A stretch of 64,000 nt of DNA from an uncultured Gammaproteobacteria bacterium (GTDB lineage Bacteria; Patescibacteriota; Patescibacteriia; Patescibacteriales; Patescibacteriaceae). Below, one piece after another: positions 58,059 to 64,000 of this stretch (position 1 is its first letter; each line of letters opens with the position of its first letter). The notes under the pieces were generated by a model, which ran no database searches, was not told where the DNA came from, and saw nothing but the letters and a program-made list of their open reading frames with translations. The stretch covers positions 66,283 through 130,282 of the forward strand of contig CAZQHN010000002.1 of assembly GCA_964593745.1 (NCBI GenBank), in the 5' to 3' direction. The position numbers and the translations under genes are program-made.

Positions 58059-58874
58059 CTAGGAAGAAAGATTTATTGTTTTTTGTAAGAGTTCAATGTT
58101 AAGACAATATTTAGTTTGAGGATCAATTGTTAAATGGACAGCGTTACACTGTGCTAGCCCCTTGTCAGGTAATTGATGACCCATTTTAACTTGCGTAAGA
58201 AAAGATTGAATAATAGGTTCAGGTAAAACGCCAATTATACCAGCTTGGTAACCTGTCATACCAACGTCAGTTATATAACCAGTGCCTAAATTAGTAATTT
58301 GGGCATCGGCTGTTGGTACATGAGTATGAGTGCCGAGTAGAGCGCTGATTTTTCCATCAAGAAAATGGCGCAAAGCAATTTTCTCTGCTGTAGTTTCAGC
58401 ATGAATATCTATTATTATAGCAGAAAGTTTTTTATCTGTGAATTGGCTAATGATTTTTTCAGCCTCTCTAAAAGGGCAATCAAAATAGCGATTCATTAAT
58501 GAGCGACCAACTAAATTAATTAATAAGATCTTAAATTCTTTATGTTTAATTAAAGCATAACCCTGGCCAGGCGAATCCATTTGGTAATTAGCTGGTCTAA
58601 GAATTGGCCATTGTCCAGAAAAACAATCTTTAACTAAATTAGTTTGATCAAAACAATGGTCACCAGTGGTTAGCCAATCAATCCCAACTTCAAGCATTTC
58701 TTGAATTGTTCTGGGCGTTAAACCCTTGCCATGGGCTAGGTTTTCACCATTAGCTATGACTAAATCGGGTTGATATTGTTTTTTTAATTTGGGCAGCAAT
58801 TGTTTGATTGTTTCTCGACCTAGTCGACCAACAATGTCACCAAAGAATAAGATAGATAGTGGTTTATTAATCAT
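58059..58874 (-). CDS. ymdB: YmdB/TIGR00282 metallophosphoesterase
   Basis: GDIVG, NGEN, RPANY, DIHAETTAEK, GTHTHVPTAD. Confidence 0.93.
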   Translation of the reverse strand: MINKPLSILFFGDIVGRLGRETIKQLLPKLKKQYQPDLVIANGENLAHGKGLTPRTIQEMLEVGIDWLTTGDHCFDQTNLVKDCFSGQWPILRPANYQMDSPGQGYALIKHKEFKILLINLVGRSLMNRYFDCPFREAEKIISQFTDKKLSAIIIDIHAETTAEKIALRHFLDGKISALLGTHTHVPTADAQITNLGTGYITDVGMTGYQAGIIGVLPEPIIQSFLTQVKMGHQLPDKGLAQCNAVHLTIDPQTKYCLNIELLQKTINLSS

Positions 58875-58879
58875 TTTTG

Positions 58880-58958
58880 TGTCATCCTCCCGCTTGGCCG
58901 GAGGATCTAAGGTTGCACGAATTTAGATAAGATTTTCCAGTTAAACCGGGAAATGATA
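58880..58958. repeat. Degenerate TGTCAT...ATGA two-arm palindromic element
   Basis: TGTCATCCTCCCGCTTGGCCGGAGGATCT...AGATTTTCCAGTTAAACCGGGAAATGATA. Confidence 0.65.
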
Positions 58959-58965
58959 AGGATAT

Positions 58966-60480
58966 TTACCTTGCGTATTCAATCACGCGAGTTTCACGTA
59001 AAAGATTAATCTTAATTTCTCCAGGATATTTTAGCTCTTGTTCAATTTTTTGAGCAATATCGCGCGCTAGGTCATGAGCTTTGATATCATTAACTTCACT
59101 GGAATCAACAAAGACTCTAATTTCTCGGCCAGCTTGAATGGCATAGACTTTTTCAATTCCCGAAAAAGACGTGGCGATTTTTTCTAATTCTTCTAAACGT
59201 TGAATATATTGTTCAAAGCTATCGTTTCTAGCCCCAGGGCGAGAAGAAGAAATAGCATCCGCCACTTTAACAATTACCGAAATAATATCACCTGGGTTAT
59301 CTTCATGGTGTTTTTCAATCGGAGCAATAATTTCTTCGCTTAAACCAAATTTGCGGGCAATTTGCGCACCAATTTCTGGGTGAGTACCTTTAACCTCATG
59401 ATCAACAGCCTTACCAATATCATGTAATAAGCCACCCTTTTTTGCTACGCTTACATTAGCGCCTAATTGTTCAGCCAAAAGGCCTGAGAGGTGAGCTACT
59501 TCTACAGCGTGCTTTAAGGCATTTTGGCCATAGCTTGTACGATATTTAAGACGTCCAATGATTTGAGTTAACTTAGGATCAAATCCAGTAACACCTAATT
59601 CATATAAAGCATCTTCACCAGCTTTTTTAATATCAAGCGCTAATTCTTTTTTAGCTTGTTCAACTGCTTCCTCAATTTTAGTAGGATGAATACGGCCATC
59701 TTTAATTAAACTTTCTAGAGCGCGTTTAGCAATATGTCGTCTAATACCAGAAAAGCCAGAAATAGTAATCGCGTTTGGTGTATCATCAACAATAATTTCC
59801 ACACCAGTTAATTGTTCAATGGATTTTATATTACGACCTTCACGGCCAATAATACGACCCTTCATTTCGTCATTAGGCAAATCAAGAGTAGTTGTGGTCA
59901 TTTCAGCAATAAAGCCAGAAGATAATCTCTGTATAGCACTAGAAACTAACTCTCGAGTTTTTTCTTCAATGGCCTCGCTGGTTTCGTCTTCCATTTTTTT
60001 AAGACGTGAAGCTAGTGATTCGGAATTTTCTAGTTGCAGGCGCTCAATTAATTTATCAATTGCTTGTTCACGATTTAAACCAGTGATTTTTTCTAAAACA
60101 GCGGTTTGTTCTTCGTGTATTTTTTTAACTCTTTCTTTGGCTTCTTCAATTTGAGAAATTTTGTCATAAATTATTTGCTGTTTGTCCTGTAATTCTAATA
60201 ATTTTTGAGAAAAGGTACTTTCTCTTTGCTCTAATCTTTTTTGGGTTTCAGAGATTTCGTGTCTTTGTTTGTCAGCGTCTTTTTTGGCCTGATCAATAAT
60301 TTTTAAAGCTTTGTCCTGAGCCTCAATAATAATCTGTTTTTCTTTAGTTTTAGTTTCAGAAATTATTTTTTCCGCTTTTAATTCGGCGCTGTTAGCCCTG
60401 GTTAGAGCTTGTAATTTTTTTAGCCACCAACCACCTAAAAAGGCAATTAGGCCAATGATAATATACAAAAAATACGGCAT
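58966..60480 (-). CDS. rny: Ribonuclease Y
   Basis: TM plus coiled coil, KGRIIGREGRNI, LLHDIGKA, AIQAGREIRV. Confidence 0.97.
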   Translation of the reverse strand: MPYFLYIIIGLIAFLGGWWLKKLQALTRANSAELKAEKIISETKTKEKQIIIEAQDKALKIIDQAKKDADKQRHEISETQKRLEQRESTFSQKLLELQDKQQIIYDKISQIEEAKERVKKIHEEQTAVLEKITGLNREQAIDKLIERLQLENSESLASRLKKMEDETSEAIEEKTRELVSSAIQRLSSGFIAEMTTTTLDLPNDEMKGRIIGREGRNIKSIEQLTGVEIIVDDTPNAITISGFSGIRRHIAKRALESLIKDGRIHPTKIEEAVEQAKKELALDIKKAGEDALYELGVTGFDPKLTQIIGRLKYRTSYGQNALKHAVEVAHLSGLLAEQLGANVSVAKKGGLLHDIGKAVDHEVKGTHPEIGAQIARKFGLSEEIIAPIEKHHEDNPGDIISVIVKVADAISSSRPGARNDSFEQYIQRLEELEKIATSFSGIEKVYAIQAGREIRVFVDSSEVNDIKAHDLARDIAQKIEQELKYPGEIKINLLRETRVIEYAR

Positions 60481-60774
60481 ATAGATTTAAACTTGCCGTT
60501 GTTCAACACCAAATTAGCTAGTTAGGTTATTCAGCTTTAAATAACCGCCTTAAAGTCGGTTTATAAATAGTTGGGAAAACAAAGTATATTTCTGAATTTT
60601 TGCTAACATTAGTCATAAATTGCCAAATCAAACTTGGTGCAGAAAACAGCTAGTAAGAATTTTAATAAATTAATATAAGTAAACTAACCCTATCCTACCA
60701 TGACTTTAGTGGCTTGGCAAGTTGGGCTATTTTTGTCGTGCTTTTTTGAGTTTTATAAGATATAATGATTATAT

Positions 60775-61542
60775 ATGAAAGATAATTTAGCTTTAAATTT
60801 AGGGCTAAATAAGCCCATTGTATTTTTTGACCTAGAAACCACTGGTTTAAGCGTGGTTAATGATCGAATTGTTGAGTTGGCTTATATTAAACATTGGCCT
60901 GATGGAAAAATAGAACAGGAAGATTTAATCCTTAATCCAGAAAGACCAATCCCCGAAGAAGTTTCTAAAATTCATGGGTTGACTGATGAGGATGTAAAAA
61001 ATGCTCCTACTTTTATTTCTCAGGCCGCACGGCTTATTGCTATTTTCCAAAATTCTTATTATAGTGGTTTTAACATTGTGCGTTTTGATTTACCATTTTT
61101 GCGTCAAGAGTTTATGCGCGCTAGTCAGGAATTTAACTTTCGGCCTGAAGATATTATTGACGCTAAATTGGTTTATCATTTTATGGAGCCACGCAATTTA
61201 TCAGCTGCTTACCAATATTATTGTCAAAAAAATCACGAAGAAGCTCATAACGCCTTAGGCGATGTTAAGGTGACGGCGGAAATTATTAAAGAGCAGGTTA
61301 AGCGTTATGGTTATGAAACAATTAAAAGTATTCATGAAGAAAATTGTCGTGATTATGTTGACTTAGAAGGTAAGTTCTATCGTGAAAATGGAGAAATTTA
61401 TTTTGCTTTTTCTAAATTTAAAGATCGTAGTTTAACGTCAGTGGCTGAAACTGATCCTACTTTTTTGCGTTGGATATTACAAGCTGATTTTTCCGAAGAT
61501 ACAAAAAATGTAATTCGTAATTTTTTAAATACTCAATCGTAA
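60775..61542 (+). CDS. DEDDh 3'-5' exonuclease (DnaQ-like)
   Basis: FFDLETTG, GFNIVRFDLPFL, AHNALGD. Confidence 0.92.
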   Translation: MKDNLALNLGLNKPIVFFDLETTGLSVVNDRIVELAYIKHWPDGKIEQEDLILNPERPIPEEVSKIHGLTDEDVKNAPTFISQAARLIAIFQNSYYSGFNIVRFDLPFLRQEFMRASQEFNFRPEDIIDAKLVYHFMEPRNLSAAYQYYCQKNHEEAHNALGDVKVTAEIIKEQVKRYGYETIKSIHEENCRDYVDLEGKFYRENGEIYFAFSKFKDRSLTSVAETDPTFLRWILQADFSEDTKNVIRNFLNTQS

Positions 61543-61550
61543 TCCATTCT

Positions 61551-62018
61551 ATGGATGTTATTTCTCATATTTTATTAACTAATTTGGTGTTTAAATCAGA
61601 GCCAATGGCTAATCGAATGTTAGCCGTCGTGTTTGGTATTTTACCTGATTTTATTAGTTTTGGTGGCATGTTTAATTCCACCTTTTTAAAACGTATATTG
61701 TTTTTTAAAAAACCGCCCAAGGATTTATTCCCAGCTTATGTTATGAAACTATATGACGTTTGCCATAGTTTAATTATTTGGTTAGGGATTTTTATTATTT
61801 TATGGTTAGTGGGTTTTAAGTGGCTAGCGATTGCTTTTTGTGGTTGGGGATTTCATATTTTATTAGATGTTTTTACTCATAGTCGCCAATCTTTCCCGAC
61901 TAAAATTTTGTGGCCGTTATCTAATTTTGCTTTTTCAGGTTTAAGTTGGTCTAGTAAGTGGTTTATGTTATTTAATTATTTATTAATTGCTTTTCTTTAT
62001 TTAGTTTTTTATTTCTAA
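61551..62018 (+). CDS. Membrane-bound metal-dependent hydrolase-like protein
   Basis: [21 protein letters not shown]. Confidence 0.75.
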   Translation: MDVISHILLTNLVFKSEPMANRMLAVVFGILPDFISFGGMFNSTFLKRILFFKKPPKDLFPAYVMKLYDVCHSLIIWLGIFIILWLVGFKWLAIAFCGWGFHILLDVFTHSRQSFPTKILWPLSNFAFSGLSWSSKWFMLFNYLLIAFLYLVFYF

Positions 62019-62019
62019 T

Positions 62020-63024
62020 ATGACACGTGTAGTTGATCCACAACTTAATGATAATACTGCTAATGAAGAAACGTTTGATGTTAGTTTAAGGCCCAAGATT
62101 TTAAGTGAATATGTTGGTCAGGATAATATTAAGGCTAATTTAAATATTTTAATTAAAGCCGCTGCTCAACGTGGTGAGCCTATTGATCATGTTTTATTAT
62201 ATGGTTCACCTGGCTTAGGTAAAACCACTTTAGCACATATTATTGCGAATGAACTAAAAGCTAATATTCGTATAACTTCTGGCCCAGCTTTAGAAAAAGC
62301 AGGTGACTTGGCTGCGATTTTAACTAATTTAAATGAAGGCGATATTTTGTTTATTGATGAAATACATCGTTTACCTCGCATTGTAGAAGAGGTTTTATAT
62401 CCCGCCATGGAAGATTTTAGTTTAGATATTGTAGTGGGCAAGGGGCCATCGGCCAAAATGTTAAGAATTGATTTGCCGCGTTTTACTATTATTGGTGCTA
62501 CCACGCGAGTTAGTTTATTGTCTTCGCCTTTGCGTGATCGTTTTGGAGTATCGCATCATCTTGATTTTTATACTCCAGAAGATTTAGAAAAAATTATTCA
62601 TCGTAGTGCTCGTATCTTAAATATTGTTTTGGAGCCACTGTCCGCTAAAGTGATTGCCGAACGTGCACGACGGACGCCGCGGTTAGCTAATCGTTTATTG
62701 CGCCGTGCTCGGGATTATTCTGAAGTTAAAAGTCATGGTCAGTTAACTAGTGCAATATGTCAGCAAGCTTTAGAATTGTTAGAAATTGATGAGCTGGGAC
62801 TTGATCGAATTGATCGTAAAATTTTAGAAATTATTATTGATAAGTTTTCTGGTGGTCCAGTGGGTATTAGTACTTTAGCGGCGGCCACTGGTGAAGACTT
62901 AGCTACCTTAGAAGAAGTTTATGAGCCCTATTTATTACAAATCGGCTTTCTTGACCGAACGCCACGCGGACGTTTGGCTACACCTAGGGCTTGGCAACAC
63001 CTAGGTAAAAAAATTGATTTTTAA
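62020..63024 (+). CDS. ruvB: Holliday junction branch migration helicase RuvB
   Basis: [34 protein letters not shown]. Confidence 0.98.
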   Translation: MTRVVDPQLNDNTANEETFDVSLRPKILSEYVGQDNIKANLNILIKAAAQRGEPIDHVLLYGSPGLGKTTLAHIIANELKANIRITSGPALEKAGDLAAILTNLNEGDILFIDEIHRLPRIVEEVLYPAMEDFSLDIVVGKGPSAKMLRIDLPRFTIIGATTRVSLLSSPLRDRFGVSHHLDFYTPEDLEKIIHRSARILNIVLEPLSAKVIAERARRTPRLANRLLRRARDYSEVKSHGQLTSAICQQALELLEIDELGLDRIDRKILEIIIDKFSGGPVGISTLAAATGEDLATLEEVYEPYLLQIGFLDRTPRGRLATPRAWQHLGKKIDF

Positions 63025-63032
63025 ATTTTTAT

Positions 63033-63308
63033 ATGACTTTTTCTTTAGTAATATTTTTATATCTTTATTTTGTTTTTCTATTGATTTGGGCAATCTTTAG
63101 TTTAATTGGTTTTTATCATTTATTGCGTTTTGGTGGCCGAATGTTTGGCAGTTTTTTCCTAGGTGTTTTTTATTTAGCCGGCTCAATTGCTCTTTTATAT
63201 TTATCTTATATTTTATTAGGCCAGGTGGAATGGGGAGTAGAGGTTGAAATGTTTAGTGGTTTTAATAATGTAAAAGATATTTTTTCTTCACCTACTATTT
63301 TAAAGTAA
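63033..63308 (+). CDS. Small membrane protein
   Basis: Two TM segments, in operon with ruvB. Confidence 0.7.
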   Translation: MTFSLVIFLYLYFVFLLIWAIFSLIGFYHLLRFGGRMFGSFFLGVFYLAGSIALLYLSYILLGQVEWGVEVEMFSGFNNVKDIFSSPTILK

Positions 63309-63312
63309 TTAT

Positions 63313-63861
63313 ATGTTTCATATTTATCGCTTGCCAGATGCTTTGCCTGATGAAAAAGTAGAATTTGCAGTTCATCGCGATGCTTTTATTGCTGTACGCA
63401 GGGTGATATTTTTTGTTTTACTTTTGGCCTTACCAGTAATTTTATTTTTCATGATTAATATTTTATTTCCTTCATTGGTAGAAAAAGTTTGGGTTTGGCC
63501 TTTACTTTTAACCCTAGGGAGTGCTTATGTTTTATTTGTGTGGCTACTATTTTTCTTTTCTTTGTTAGATTATTTTTTAGATGTCTGGATTATTACTGGT
63601 CATCGTATTATTGATATTAGGCAAAATGGTTTTTTTTCCCGCTCTGTTTCCGAGGTTAGATTAGATAAAGTTCAGGATGTATCTAGTCAGGTTAATGGTT
63701 TTTTTCCGACGGTTTTAAAATACGGTAATGTTATTGTGCAAACCGCTAGTGAAAATAATAATCTTTATTTTGAAGAGGTGTCTCACCCCGAGCACATTCG
63801 TGATTTGTTAGTTAAATTGATTGATAAGCATCATACTAAAGATAAAACCGCCGTGGCATGA
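63313..63861 (+). CDS. Bacterial PH-domain membrane protein
   Basis: DVWIITGHRII, LDKVQDVS, YGNVIVQTA. Confidence 0.85.
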   Translation: MFHIYRLPDALPDEKVEFAVHRDAFIAVRRVIFFVLLLALPVILFFMINILFPSLVEKVWVWPLLLTLGSAYVLFVWLLFFFSLLDYFLDVWIITGHRIIDIRQNGFFSRSVSEVRLDKVQDVSSQVNGFFPTVLKYGNVIVQTASENNNLYFEEVSHPEHIRDLLVKLIDKHHTKDKTAVA

Positions 63862-64000
63862 AGTTAAGTGAATTTAATTATAATTTACCCACTAATTTAA
63901 TTGCTCAGTTTCCGGCTAGGCCGCGCGATGCTGCGCGGCTTTTGGTTGTGTTTAAAAAAACTAAAAATTTTGAACATAAATTATTTAAAGATATTATAGA
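63858..64000 (+). CDS. queA: S-adenosylmethionine:tRNA ribosyltransferase-isomerase, N-terminal part (truncated by window edge)
   Basis: MKLSEFNYNLPTNLIAQFPARPRDAARLLVV. Confidence 0.9.
   Translation, partial: MKLSEFNYNLPTNLIAQFPARPRDAARLLVVFKKTKNFEHKLFKDII

Overview
AT-rich bacterial chromosome segment. Gene content and order (pilin-LamG, VanW, LCP, class II RNR with PduO, xer-rpsO-NYN-pnp, der/pth, gyrA, rpsA, ftsH, rnj, ymdB-rny, ruvB, queA) and AT-rich leaders without Shine-Dalgarno sites suggest a Patescibacteria/CPR (Parcubacteria/ABY1-like) genome; this is inference. Two accessory regions stand out. (1) About 19.9-25.2 kb: co-oriented gene cassettes and gene debris stacked at the 3' end of tRNA-His, separated by repeated junctions that encode related short peptide tails; next to it a tRNA-Arg sits nested inside a second, repeat-interrupted tRNA. 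(2) About 32.9-41.6 kb: an insertion bounded by copies of the der 3' end. It carries a minus-strand operon (unknown ORF, AAA+ ATPase, vWA protein, unknown ORF) interleaved with about 1.5 kb of structured non-coding sequence, including a canonical hammerhead ribozyme and a kissing-loop pair. Also found: an unannotated 28-aa, 9-Cys metallothionein-like ORF in a CsoR operon, a promoter/terminator-bounded 6S-like RNA, a PilB/GspE protein with two tandem ATPase domains, and several families of short palindromic mobile repeats. All calls come from reading the sequence by eye; no searches or folding programs were run.
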